Below the pieces are notes generated by a model that searched no databases, was not told the origin of the DNA, and worked only from the letters and a program-made list of their open reading frames with translations. The position numbers and the translations under genes were made by a program. A stretch of 64,000 nt of DNA from an uncultured Candidatus Saccharibacteria bacterium. GTDB taxonomy: Bacteria > Patescibacteriota > Minisyncoccia > UBA6257 > Colwellbacteraceae. Each line of letters begins with the position of its first letter. Position 1 is the first letter of the stretch. Shown piece by piece: positions 18,946 through 33,043 of the stretch. The stretch is taken from positions 75,600 to 139,599 of the forward strand of contig CAZLHU010000001.1 of NCBI GenBank assembly GCA_964559765.1, in the 5' to 3' direction.

Positions 18946-18993
18946 TTTTAGGGCGGCGTAACGCGCCGCTCTAATTTAGAACAACCAAAGTCT

Positions 18994-20574
18994 ATGAAAC
19001 GCATAGCAGCGATAATTCGAGCTATGACGAGTCGGGAACGTCTCGCGTTCTATGTGGCGCTCGCGATAATCATAATCTCTGGAGCGACCCTATCCGTCTT
19101 ATGGATCAGGTCGCATAGCTATGTGACAGGCGACGTCGGCGGCGAACTGCGGGAAGGCATCGCCAGCCAGCCAGTGATGATAAACCCGGTGACGCCGATT
19201 ACCGAGGCCGACCGAGACATCTCGCAATTGGTATATTCGAACGTGAACGACGTCGCCGACAGCGTCACCCTATCGCCGGACAACCGGACATATACCGTAC
19301 GCCTCAAACAGAATGTGTTTTGGAGCGACGGGGAGAGACTGACAGCGGACGACGTAATCTTCACGGTGCAGATGATTCAGGATCCATCCAGCGACTCTCC
19401 TCTATATAGGAGCTTTGAAGGGGTCCAAGTATCCCGAGTGAGCGCATTGGAGGTCAATTTCTCCTTGCCGGCGCCATATGCGTTCTTCCAACAGGACCAA
19501 CTCCAGAATCTGTTGATAATACCGAAACACATATTCGCCGACATACCCGTGCAAAACTGGCACCTTTCGGTCTATAGCTTGAAACCAGTGGGCTCGGGTC
19601 AATACGTGGCCAAGGACTACACCACCGCGTCAGACGGCACGATAACTTCCGTTACCCTTGCTGCAAACAACAACTATTTCGGCGCTACGCCCAACATATC
19701 GACCGTAGAATTCAAGTTTTACCAGGACCCGCAGAGCCTGGCCGCCGCCTACAACACCGGCCAAATAGACTCTTTCGGCCTCTCGACATACGACCCGGTC
19801 ATATCCGATCTGGCCGTACGTTATAAGGCCTACTACCTGAATTCATACCGCTATTACGCGATATTCATAAATCCGGCCACCGCTCCACAACAACTCCAAA
19901 ACCCCGACGTGCGTTACGCCCTGTCCCAGCTAATCGACCGGACCGCACTGGTCAACAACGTCCTTGGCGGCCACGGCCAGGCCCTGTATGGTCCGACCAC
20001 GCTTGCGCAAAATCCCGTCCAAGGCGGCAGCTCCACATCCACCATGGCACTGCTTCAAGGACTGTCTCTGCAACTCACCGTCCCCGACGACCCATTCTTG
20101 GTCAAGACAGCTGATATAATACAAGGAGAGTGGGCCGCGGCCGGAATCAATATAAGCCTCAACGTGCTGCCGACGCAGACCATCCAGGAGGACACGCTTC
20201 AGAGCTCCGACTACTCCCTACTGCTCTTTGGAAATATAACTGATTCGAGCCAGGATCTTTTCGCCTTCTGGGACTCGTCCCAGCGGTTCTACCCCGACCA
20301 GAACTTGTCGTTGTATGACAACCCCGCCGTCGACGCCAATCTAGAACAGTACCGCAGTACGTTCGATTCGACGCAGAGGGCGCAACTCTTGAACACGATA
20401 AGCAATCAGATTGCGAGCGACATGCCGGCGATATTCCTCTACTCTCCAGACTATGCATACATCGCGACGCCGACGCTAGGAGGATTCGGATCGCAGAAAG
20501 AAATATCGGTCGCCTCGGATCGTTTCTCGGACATAGCCAATTGGTATGTAAACACAAAGAGGGTCTTCAATTAA
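18994..20574 (+). CDS. ABC transporter substrate-binding protein, family 5 (oligopeptide/nickel type), membrane-anchored
   Basis: 526 aa with an N-terminal TM anchor followed by an SBP_bac_5-like fold. No cognate permease or ATPase genes are adjacent, so this is an orphan SBP. Confidence 0.65.
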   Translation: MKRIAAIIRAMTSRERLAFYVALAIIIISGATLSVLWIRSHSYVTGDVGGELREGIASQPVMINPVTPITEADRDISQLVYSNVNDVADSVTLSPDNRTYTVRLKQNVFWSDGERLTADDVIFTVQMIQDPSSDSPLYRSFEGVQVSRVSALEVNFSLPAPYAFFQQDQLQNLLIIPKHIFADIPVQNWHLSVYSLKPVGSGQYVAKDYTTASDGTITSVTLAANNNYFGATPNISTVEFKFYQDPQSLAAAYNTGQIDSFGLSTYDPVISDLAVRYKAYYLNSYRYYAIFINPATAPQQLQNPDVRYALSQLIDRTALVNNVLGGHGQALYGPTTLAQNPVQGGSSTSTMALLQGLSLQLTVPDDPFLVKTADIIQGEWAAAGINISLNVLPTQTIQEDTLQSSDYSLLLFGNITDSSQDLFAFWDSSQRFYPDQNLSLYDNPAVDANLEQYRSTFDSTQRAQLLNTISNQIASDMPAIFLYSPDYAYIATPTLGGFGSQKEISVASDRFSDIANWYVNTKRVFN

Positions 20575-20578
20575 TAAC

Positions 20579-21493
20579 ATGGCAAAATACTCTATAAATA
20601 ACTTCGACAAACTAAAAGGGCTTAAAGCCGATAGGTTGTTCATCTGCGGAATGGGTGGTTCCGGCCTGCCTGGGGAAATATTGAGCGCTTTCAGGGATGA
20701 ATTCGGCATAAGGATACCGATAACGACCTGGAAGGATTACGGGCTGCCTCCGCACTGGACCAAGAACACGTTGTTCGTCTTCATATCCTTCTCGGGAGAA
20801 ACGGCGGAAACCATAAGCGGCCTCGAGGCGGCACTGAAAATCAAAGGCGCAAAAATAGCGGTACTGACCGGGGGCGGCAAGTTGGAAAAGATATCTGCGG
20901 CGCACAGAGTGCCGCTCGTGACATTCGACCAAGGGGGCATGATGCCCAGATTCGCGCTTAATCCGATGTTCGAAGGGCTGGTCAAGATAGTCAATTTGGC
21001 TGAAGTAACCGCAAAGAGACTCCCGGTGCCAGCGCCCAAAAAGGCCCAAAACACTGCAAATATCATCAAATTCATTGACGGGAAGGTGCCTCTCCTGTAT
21101 ACTTCCCAACAGCTTAAGTCTCTCGCTTACATCTGGAAGATCTGGCTCAACGAAACGGCCAAGACCCCTGCTTTTATCGATCAGCTTCCGGAATTAGATC
21201 ATAACGAGATCGTCGGCTTCGAAAGCCGTACGACCCCCTTCCGTGTGATATTCATACAAGACCCGAGTGAATCTGAGCTTATAAAGAAACGTATTGCCCT
21301 TACGGGAAAGTTAATCAACAAGTTAGGCGGACAAACCCTGACGATTAAATTAAACGGTAAAACCAAGTTCGAACGCTTTTGGAGAGGAGTGTATCTAGGA
21401 GAGGCCACAGCCACTAAGTTGGCAATAATGAAAAAGAGGGACCCTCGAGAGATACGCAGCATCGACACTCTGAAAGCCTGGATGAAGAAGTAG
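20579..21493 (+). CDS. Bifunctional phosphoglucose/phosphomannose isomerase (SIS-domain, archaeal-type PGI/PMI)
   Basis: 304 aa with GMGGSG and SFSGET SIS-domain motifs. The length and architecture match the PGI/PMI family rather than classical Pgi. Confidence 0.75.
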   Translation: MAKYSINNFDKLKGLKADRLFICGMGGSGLPGEILSAFRDEFGIRIPITTWKDYGLPPHWTKNTLFVFISFSGETAETISGLEAALKIKGAKIAVLTGGGKLEKISAAHRVPLVTFDQGGMMPRFALNPMFEGLVKIVNLAEVTAKRLPVPAPKKAQNTANIIKFIDGKVPLLYTSQQLKSLAYIWKIWLNETAKTPAFIDQLPELDHNEIVGFESRTTPFRVIFIQDPSESELIKKRIALTGKLINKLGGQTLTIKLNGKTKFERFWRGVYLGEATATKLAIMKKRDPREIRSIDTLKAWMKK

Positions 21494-21499
21494 TTCATT

Positions 21500-21582
21500 G
21501 CGGACGTGGTGAAATGGCAAACACGTAGGCTTCAGGAGCCTATGGCCGCAAGGCCTTGAGAGTTCAAGTCTCTCCGTCCGCA
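21500..21582 (+). tRNA. tRNA-Leu (anticodon CAG), type II with long variable arm
   Basis: Hand-folded cloverleaf: acceptor GCGGACG/CGTCCGC, D-arm GTG-AAATGGCAAA-CAC, anticodon stem TAGGC/GCCTA with loop TTCAGGA, variable arm GGCCGCAAGGCC, T-arm GAGAG-TTCAAGT-CTCTC, discriminator A. CCA is not encoded. Confidence 0.85.
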
Positions 21583-21619
21583 CAAAGTTAGTAATAAACA
21601 AAAGTTAATAAAAACAAAC

Positions 21620-23398
21620 ATGACACCGCGTTCAAGACGCAATCAAAGCATGCCACGAACACAGACTGTCCGTATGTCGCCGCATGTTAAACCAGAAGGA
21701 CAGACAAACGACCAAAAGAAGGTCAAACCCACCCCCGACGACACAGTTCGCCTAATTCCATTGGGCGGCTTGGAGGAAATAGGGCGGAACATGACCATCG
21801 TCGAATATCGCGACGAGATGATAGTGATCGACATGGGGCTGCAGTTCCCAGAGGAAGAGACTCCGGGCATCGATTACATAATCCCCAACGTCAGCTATAT
21901 CGAACCGCGCAAGAATAACGTCAAAGCCGTGATTCTAACCCACGGGCACTATGACCACATCGGCGCAATCCCCTACTTGATCGGCAAAATAGGCAATCCT
22001 ACAATTTACACTGCAAAACTCACCAAGGCGATAATCGAAAAGCGCCAGGAGGAATTCATGAATGCGCCGAAGCTGCACACCATGAGCGTCGCTCATGGAG
22101 ACAAGATGAAGATCGGCAAATATTTCGAGTTGGAATTCTTCAACATCGAGCACACCATCCCCGATTCGTTGGGCGTGACAATCAAGACCCCGATCGGCAA
22201 TATAGTCCACTTCGGGGACTTCAGGCTCGACTACACCGAAGACGGCAAGCCGTTGAACTTGGACCTGATAGCAGATATCGGCAAGCAGGGGGTGCACACA
22301 TTCCTATGCGACAGCACGAATGCCACCCAACCTGGACACAGCATATCCGAGCGCACCGTCGAGAAGAACCTCGAATCGCTGTTTAAGGAAGCTGATGGCC
22401 GGATAATCGTCACCACATTCTCATCGATGCTCACCCGTATCGCTGAGATGATAAAGATAGCCGAGAAGTTGGGCCGCAAGGTCGCAATCAACGGCCGCTC
22501 GATGAAGGACAATATTCAGATCTCCCAGAATCTGGGATACTTGAAGGCCAAGAAAGGCACCTTAATCAGCACCGAAGAGGTCTCGAAATACAAAGACGAC
22601 AAGATATTGATAATCACGACGGGCGCCCAAGGCGAGTCCGGAGCGGGATTGATGAAAATAATCAGCGGCGAGCACAAGCACATCAAATTGAAGGCTGGCG
22701 ACACCATTATCTTCTCTTCGTCGGTCATCCCCGGAAACGAAAGAAGTGTCCAGGGCCTCAAAGACAATCTTGCTAGGCAGCATACCAAGGTATTCACTTC
22801 CAGCTTGATCGACATTCACGCGAGCGGTCACGCCCCCAGCGAAGACCTCTCGTTGGTGGTAAGCCTGCTGAAACCGAAATACTTCGTCCCAGTCCACGGC
22901 TACTACTATATGCGAGCCGCCAATGGCGAAAACGCAGTGCGCGGAGGCCTATCCCCGGAGAACGTCCGTCTCATGGACAATGGGCAGGTAGCTTTCCTCA
23001 CTAAGAATGATTTTGTTATCAGCGAGGAAACCGTACCGGCACATTACGTAATGGTTGATGGATTGAGCGTCGGGGACATCGGCGAAGTCGTACTGCGCGA
23101 CCGACTAGTCCTTGCCCAAGAAGGAATGTTGGTCATGATCGTAACCGTCGATCGCAAGACCGGAAGGTTGATAAAGAACCCCGATATTGTTTCCAGAGGA
23201 TTCATCTATCTGCGCGACAGCCAGAAACTGTTGGACGAGATAAGACAGAAGATAAAGGGAATAATTACCCGGATTCCGCGCAGCCAGCAAATCGATCCAG
23301 ATTATCTTAAGGCCATATTCCGAGATCAGATCGGACAATTGATCTGGTCGCAGACCTTCCGCAGGCCGATGATCCTGCCGGTAGTGATAGAGATATAA
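21620..23398 (+). CDS. rnj: Ribonuclease J (beta-CASP metallo-beta-lactamase RNase)
   Basis: 592 aa with an HGHYDHIG metal-binding motif, a beta-CASP region and an RNase J C-terminal domain. The N-terminal ~40 aa are basic and low-complexity, so the start may be later. Confidence 0.9.
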   Translation: MTPRSRRNQSMPRTQTVRMSPHVKPEGQTNDQKKVKPTPDDTVRLIPLGGLEEIGRNMTIVEYRDEMIVIDMGLQFPEEETPGIDYIIPNVSYIEPRKNNVKAVILTHGHYDHIGAIPYLIGKIGNPTIYTAKLTKAIIEKRQEEFMNAPKLHTMSVAHGDKMKIGKYFELEFFNIEHTIPDSLGVTIKTPIGNIVHFGDFRLDYTEDGKPLNLDLIADIGKQGVHTFLCDSTNATQPGHSISERTVEKNLESLFKEADGRIIVTTFSSMLTRIAEMIKIAEKLGRKVAINGRSMKDNIQISQNLGYLKAKKGTLISTEEVSKYKDDKILIITTGAQGESGAGLMKIISGEHKHIKLKAGDTIIFSSSVIPGNERSVQGLKDNLARQHTKVFTSSLIDIHASGHAPSEDLSLVVSLLKPKYFVPVHGYYYMRAANGENAVRGGLSPENVRLMDNGQVAFLTKNDFVISEETVPAHYVMVDGLSVGDIGEVVLRDRLVLAQEGMLVMIVTVDRKTGRLIKNPDIVSRGFIYLRDSQKLLDEIRQKIKGIITRIPRSQQIDPDYLKAIFRDQIGQLIWSQTFRRPMILPVVIEI

Positions 23399-23435
23399 CA
23401 CCTACAACCTCAGAGGTCCCTTGACTACATAAAAA

Positions 23436-23464
23436 CTAGGCCACATAAATGGCCTAGTTTTTAT
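23436..23464 (+). terminator. Rho-independent terminator after rnj
   Basis: Hairpin CTAGGCC-acataaat-GGCCTAG followed by TTTTTAT. Confidence 0.6.
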
Positions 23465-23534
23465 CTTCTCACTTTAGGATAGGGCTTGACTGAATGACGA
23501 TTTGATTTCACAATCATTCCGATACCGTTAAGGT

Positions 23535-24089
23535 ATGTGCCGAAAGGTCGAACTTTTGGGCAGATACCTTATGTCCCAAGGTATCTTAAATTCTTTAATA
23601 ATTAATTATATGCCTAACACTATGCGCAAATGCGACATCCAGTTTTTCGCGGATTTGCAGAAGCTTGGCGGCATGCCCACAGACGCGCAGAGGAGAGCGG
23701 TCAAAGATGCCGTGAAACGCATCGAGAGAGAAAAGCTCCCATTCTATTTCGGTTTTGATTTGTTCCGAAGCGACGAAAGCCTCACGGATCATCCGAGGAT
23801 ATTCTTAGCGATAAGAATATGCCTGGACGCCCTGAAGCGTTCTCGCAACAGGACTCAGGTCGTAACCGAAAGGAGCCGCGCCCCGCTCAGGCTCTACTTC
23901 TTCGGTGGCAGATCATTAAGTCCAAAGGACATTCTCGGCGCCATGGTCAGAACATTCATAGTAAAGAAGGGCTACTTCTTTACTGATGATGACCTGGTTC
24001 TGATCGAATTAATCTTTGGCCTGGACCTTGATCCCACGCCGGAAGATGTCGCATATTTCGAAGGCGAAATGAAGAAATTTTCGCGTTAG
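23535..24089 (+). CDS. Hypothetical protein (orphan transcription unit)
   Basis: 184-aa ORF with no recognisable motifs. The likely start is the internal MPNTMRK. It is bracketed by terminator-like hairpins on both sides. Confidence 0.35.
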   Translation: MCRKVELLGRYLMSQGILNSLIINYMPNTMRKCDIQFFADLQKLGGMPTDAQRRAVKDAVKRIEREKLPFYFGFDLFRSDESLTDHPRIFLAIRICLDALKRSRNRTQVVTERSRAPLRLYFFGGRSLSPKDILGAMVRTFIVKKGYFFTDDDLVLIELIFGLDLDPTPEDVAYFEGEMKKFSR

Positions 24090-24097
24090 TCACAGAT

Positions 24098-24127
24098 AAA
24101 AACCAACCTACAAAGGCTGGTTTTTTG
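24098..24127 (+). terminator. Putative Rho-independent terminator
   Basis: AACCAACC-tacaaa-GGCTGGTT hairpin (one mismatch) followed by TTTTTT. Confidence 0.4.
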
Positions 24128-24168
24128 TAACTCCGCCGTTTCCTGCGAAAATTTAAGAAGGTTTCTAA

Positions 24169-28754
<4,586 letters not shown>

Positions 28755-28756
28755 TG

Positions 28757-30442
28757 TTACATCTTTTCCGACACTTCGATCCCGAGCAGACCCAGACCGT
28801 TTTTCATAACCTTAGCTGCGGCATCAACCAATCCTAGACGAGCCTCACGGACACCCTTGCCCGCTTTCAGCACGGGTTCGTTCTCATAGAAGCGGTTGAC
28901 CGTCTTCGCCAGCTCGTATAGATATCCGGCGATATAATGAGGGAATCCGCCGTCCGCGGCCCTCTGTATAACCTGTGGAAAACGCGACAGCTTCAAAATC
29001 AGGGCTAGATCCTCCTTTGAAGAAAGGAAGTTGGAATCAGCCTTATTATGACTGGCTTTATTAAGGATACTACGCATACGCGCATAGGCATAGAGCAGAT
29101 ACGGAGCCGAATTTCCCTCGAAATTGAGCATCTTATCCCAGTCGAAGGATATGTCGGACATCCTGCTCTGCGAGAGATCGTTGTATTTCAGGGCCGCTAT
29201 ACCAACCAGACGGGCTATCTTGTCCTTATCCCGATCACTTAAACTGGGCTGCTTTATGTCGATGATCTTGCGGGCACGTATGAGCGACTCCTCTATAAGA
29301 TCCTCAAGCGCTATGGAGCTCCCTTCACGGGTCGATATCTTCTTACCCCCTTCTCCGGTCACCATCCCGTATTTCACATGGACTATCTCGGCTGAAGAGA
29401 GGTTCAGCAGCTGGGCAAGCGCAGACAACTGTTCGAAATGCAGGCTCTGCTCATAACCGACGACATATATTATCTTCTTGGGTTTGTATTTATTGAGACG
29501 ATAGATGAGGTTGGCTATCTCGCGGGTGATATACAGGCTCGCGCCATCCGATTTCTTCAACAACGCCGGCGGCAGATTGAACGAGTCGAGAGGAATGATC
29601 AGCGCGCCTTCACTAAGCTTAAGCATGCCCTTATTGCCAAGGTCGCGTATCAACGGTTCAAGGTCTTTTTCATAGAAACTTTCTCCGATGAGAACATCGA
29701 ACTTAACGCCCAATGTTTTATATATGGGCTGGAGATCTTTCAGCGACTCCTTGCGGAACCACGTCCACAAACGCCTATTCTCTTTATCTCCATCCTCGAG
29801 CTTCTTGAACTCTTCTCTACCGCTCTTCTCAAGTTCAGCGTCTTTTTTCGCCTCTTCGTTGAACTTTACATATAGAGTAAGGAGGGTCTCGATCGGCGCG
29901 CGCTCCACTTCTTTTTTGTCTCCCCATTTTTTATACGCAGCGATCAGCTTGCCGAACTGGGTTCCCCAATCCCCTAGATAGTTCCACCGCACGACTTTAT
30001 ATCCCAGTTCCTCATGGATGTTGGCTATGGCCGCGCCGATTATGGTGCTGCGCATGTGCCCGACATGCATTGGCTTCGCTATGTTAGGCGAGGAATATTC
30101 CACGATCACCCTCTTTCCCTTGCCGACGTCTAGCTTCCCATATTTGTCACCTTTGTGACGTATCCCCGAGAACTCCTCCTGCAGGGCGTGGTCGGTCATC
30201 CAGAAATTTATGAAGCCTGGCGCCTTTATGTCGATCTGCCTGATAAAGCCCTTCGGGGATTCATCCAATATCCGCCCTCGGATGAGCTCCGCCGCCTGTA
30301 TTGGACTGGTTTTATCGCGCTTCGCCACCGAAAAAGCGACACTGGAAGTGAAGTGGCCCAGTTCCTCGAACTCCGGCGCCCCTAGCTGAAAATCTTCTAT
30401 ACCGGAGGCTCTGGCTATGAGTTTTGCCAATTTCTCGAACAT
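28757..30442 (-). CDS. argS: Arginyl-tRNA synthetase
   Basis: 561 aa with an N-terminal Arg_tRNA_synt_N region and catalytic-core motif SSPNIAKPMHVGHMRS. It is 3 nt upstream of ileS. Confidence 0.9.
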   Translation of the reverse strand: MFEKLAKLIARASGIEDFQLGAPEFEELGHFTSSVAFSVAKRDKTSPIQAAELIRGRILDESPKGFIRQIDIKAPGFINFWMTDHALQEEFSGIRHKGDKYGKLDVGKGKRVIVEYSSPNIAKPMHVGHMRSTIIGAAIANIHEELGYKVVRWNYLGDWGTQFGKLIAAYKKWGDKKEVERAPIETLLTLYVKFNEEAKKDAELEKSGREEFKKLEDGDKENRRLWTWFRKESLKDLQPIYKTLGVKFDVLIGESFYEKDLEPLIRDLGNKGMLKLSEGALIIPLDSFNLPPALLKKSDGASLYITREIANLIYRLNKYKPKKIIYVVGYEQSLHFEQLSALAQLLNLSSAEIVHVKYGMVTGEGGKKISTREGSSIALEDLIEESLIRARKIIDIKQPSLSDRDKDKIARLVGIAALKYNDLSQSRMSDISFDWDKMLNFEGNSAPYLLYAYARMRSILNKASHNKADSNFLSSKEDLALILKLSRFPQVIQRAADGGFPHYIAGYLYELAKTVNRFYENEPVLKAGKGVREARLGLVDAAAKVMKNGLGLLGIEVSEKM

Positions 30443-30518
30443 GTATATATATTCTAGGTTCTATGGGCCCAAAAACCAAAACTCGGAAATATGCGGGGCT
30501 AAGGCTATACTTAATTAA

Positions 30519-30965
30519 ATGAGCGAGTTAGCGGCAAATAGGCGGGCGTACCACGACTATTCGATATTGGAAAAGTTCGAAGCAGGCGTGGAATTGTTCG
30601 GCCACGAAGTTAAGGCCATCAAGTCCGGGCGGGTGAATATAGCCGGAGGGCATGTTGCCATACGAAAAGGAGAGGCTTGGCTTGTCGGCGCCGACATCCC
30701 CCCATACCAACCGAAGAACATCCTTATCGCCTATGAACCGCAGCGAGACCGCAAGCTTTTATTGAACAAAAAGGAGATAGACGAACTGGCTGGACGCATC
30801 AGGGAAAAAGGTTTGACTGTCGTTCCGCTCAAGCTCTATACTACGGCCGGCAAAAGAGCCACAATAAAACTTGAGATCGGGCTCGTTCGCTCGAAGAAGG
30901 AGTTCGACAAGCGCGAGTTGATTAAAAAGAGAGAAGTAGAACGCAATATTCGGCGTGAAATCTAA
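30519..30965 (+). CDS. smpB: SsrA-binding protein SmpB
   Basis: 148 aa with the conserved N-terminal N+RA.HDY motif (NRRAYHDY) and the basic C-terminal tail typical of SmpB. Confidence 0.9.
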   Translation: MSELAANRRAYHDYSILEKFEAGVELFGHEVKAIKSGRVNIAGGHVAIRKGEAWLVGADIPPYQPKNILIAYEPQRDRKLLLNKKEIDELAGRIREKGLTVVPLKLYTTAGKRATIKLEIGLVRSKKEFDKRELIKKREVERNIRREI

Positions 30966-30966
30966 T

Positions 30967-31287
30967 GGGGGCGTACCGGCCTCGACAAAGATTAGCCCGG
31001 ATGACTGCAGGTCGAGCCTGACCACCTCGTTAAACTGGTCAAAACGATAGCTGCTAATAATAGAGTAGCCACTCCGGCTTTAGCTTACGCTTAGTCGGAC
31101 ATCGGCTCTTCTGCGCTCCGCGGGAGAATGTCCGGTGTCATACACGGAGCTCGCCTAGAACTTTTCGTTTCCTCCAGAATCCTAGGCTAGACCCAGAGGG
31201 AACACTTCGTTTTGTCTTCGGACAAATAAACCTGTAGATGGTCTTTCGGAAACTCTTTGGACGGGAGTTCGAATCTCCCCGCCTCCA
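30967..31287 (+). ncRNA. ssrA: tmRNA (ssrA), standard one-piece
   Basis: Starts 2 nt after the smpB stop. 5' GGGGGCG pairs with 3' CGCCTCC, giving a G3:U wobble at the third acceptor position. A conserved GGCCTCGAC (UCGAC) element lies near the 5' end and a tRNA-like T-arm GGACGGGAGTTCGAATCTCCCGCCTCCA-ACA at the 3' end. The internal tag frame is GCT AAT AAT AGA GTA GCC ACT CCG GCT TTA GCT TAC GCT TAG, predicting A-NNRVATPALAYA-stop. CCA is not encoded. Ends are +/-3 nt. Confidence 0.8.
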
Positions 31288-31416
31288 CATACAGATACGC
31301 AGAGGGCCGCACTAATCGTGCGGCTTTGTGCTTCCACGATGCTTGACTATCGATGTAATTTATGTTAAAAACAAATCATTCAGTTCGTTGAAATATCTAC
31401 TTGAGCCCCTCGAGAC

Positions 31417-31713
31417 GTGGACAAAATAAAAAGGTCGATCCTTAATATTGCGCCCACTCTAACTAGGTGGGTCAACGAAATAAAGCTTATGCAGCTCAAA
31501 CTATTGAGTGTCACCTCGGGCAAACGCCATGGCTGGTATGAGTATCAGGGCATGAGGGTAAGAAAACCCCTCGTCGCCACCGTCAATTCTAAAGACGGTC
31601 ACCTGTACTTAGACAGGGTCTTCATGGTTTCCGTGACAATAATCGGCTGCTTACTCACCTTGTCACTGTACTTCTACGGATTTACCGGCAGATGGCCGTG
31701 GCAAATGTTTTAG
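31417..31713 (+). CDS. Hypothetical small protein (GTG start), C-terminal hydrophobic helix
   Basis: 98-aa ORF beginning with GTG and with no recognisable family. It sits between the tmRNA and a bidirectional terminator. Confidence 0.3.
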   Translation: MDKIKRSILNIAPTLTRWVNEIKLMQLKLLSVTSGKRHGWYEYQGMRVRKPLVATVNSKDGHLYLDRVFMVSVTIIGCLLTLSLYFYGFTGRWPWQMF

Positions 31714-31787
31714 AGCCGACACAACATCGTCACATCGAGCTCAGAGCTTATTGCGTACCCAACCTATACACAAAATAAGGGTCTCTG

Positions 31788-31818
31788 AGCAACAACCCGC
31801 TACATAGCGGGTTGTTTT
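31788..31818. terminator. Bidirectional Rho-independent terminator
   Basis: Perfect hairpin AACAACCCGCT-acat-AGCGGGTTGTT flanked by A-run and T-run, between convergent genes. Confidence 0.6.
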
Positions 31819-31843
31819 AGTCTCAATATTATCTTGTTGCGGG

Positions 31844-32320
31844 TTAAAGCGAACTGGGTTGCTCGATCGGACAGGACGGCGCCGGAACCGACACACTGCA
31901 ATGTGACTCAAACATGGATTCGACCCTGTCGCCTATCCCCTCATGATGGAAAAGCACGCCCAAAGTTATGAATGTGAGCAATATGCCGATGATGATCCAT
32001 ACGGCTCGATAACGATAGCCGTCCTTTGTCGATCTTACGTTTAGATAGGCAAGAGCCATGAATAAAAGCGCAAAGAATAGCCATAAGAAAGATACCCAGT
32101 TAACAAGCCCATGGGACACGCCCATGCCCGGCGGCGCATATGGATTGTTACTGTTCTCTATCAACACCTCCTCGATGCTTATCGATATAGCCCCTAATAT
32201 CAGCCATAAAAGCAGAGACAGCCAAACCGCCGCATTTTTAATAACGAAATAACGCCTTGAGATTGGCTTTATATTCTTATCGCGTATCTCCCCGATTATT
32301 TTCTTGCTTGTGTCTGACAT
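31844..32320 (-). CDS. Membrane protein co-transcribed with the ECF sigma factor (candidate anti-sigma factor)
   Basis: 158 aa with a short cytoplasmic N-terminus (MSDTSKKIIGEIRDKNIKPISRRY) followed by 4 TM helices. Its start codon overlaps the sigma gene stop (plus-strand cat/tta share one base). Confidence 0.5.
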   Translation of the reverse strand: MSDTSKKIIGEIRDKNIKPISRRYFVIKNAAVWLSLLLWLILGAISISIEEVLIENSNNPYAPPGMGVSHGLVNWVSFLWLFFALLFMALAYLNVRSTKDGYRYRAVWIIIGILLTFITLGVLFHHEGIGDRVESMFESHCSVSVPAPSCPIEQPSSL

Positions 32321-32949
32321 TAGCTTCTCTTTTCCGAATTAATCGATTCGACCTCTTTCATCAACATCTTCTTGGCCCGGCTGATTAGGGAAGATATCGT
32401 CCCTGTGGGCTTCTTTAAGATATCAGATATCTCCGTATAATCCTTCTCCTCCATATATCTCAGGATAAGTACGTCCTTATATTTATCGTCCAAACGGTCG
32501 ATGGCCGCAAGCAACCTGGAGTGGTCCATCTTCTGGCCCAGCTCTTTATCCAAATCCTGCTCTGACGGGAACATTTCAAGCTTGTCGTCTTCCATCGCCA
32601 TCGCCGGGTGGGATTTGGTGTGCCGGAAGTGGTTTACGGCTTGGTTGTGTGCAATCCGGTATATCCAAGAGGAAAATTTAAGGCTTGAATCGAACCCGTT
32701 GAGATTGCGGTAGGCGCTTATGAAAACTTCTTGGACTATGTCTTGCGCATCCTCTAAGCTGCAGCCTATAAACCTAATTATGTATTTCTGCAGCTTGCCT
32801 TCGTATCGTTCGACAAGTTGTTCATAATACTTGTCATCTTTTGCCGATAATTCGGCCAGCTTCTCATCCGAGAGATCATTCATGTCTATATAATAACTTA
32901 TATCTTCGTTAATAATAGCCCCGTAAAATCCCGCATTCATGAGGTACAT
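32320..32949 (-). CDS. ECF-subfamily RNA polymerase sigma-70 factor
   Basis: Sigma-70 region 2 (LEDAQDIVQEVFISAYRNLNGF...FSSWIYRIAHNQAVNHFR) and region 4 (DVLILRYMEEKDYTEISDILKKPTGTISSLISRAKKML). The probable start is the internal MNDLSDEKL. Confidence 0.8.
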   Translation of the reverse strand: MYLMNAGFYGAIINEDISYYIDMNDLSDEKLAELSAKDDKYYEQLVERYEGKLQKYIIRFIGCSLEDAQDIVQEVFISAYRNLNGFDSSLKFSSWIYRIAHNQAVNHFRHTKSHPAMAMEDDKLEMFPSEQDLDKELGQKMDHSRLLAAIDRLDDKYKDVLILRYMEEKDYTEISDILKKPTGTISSLISRAKKMLMKEVESINSEKRS

Positions 32950-33043
32950 CTATAATACGTTCTCTAAGTTATAATAATGCGGTGGGCACGTTCCCCAATC
33001 CGGGCACCATGCACCAAATCGGACGAATTCGCTGTATTATTTA

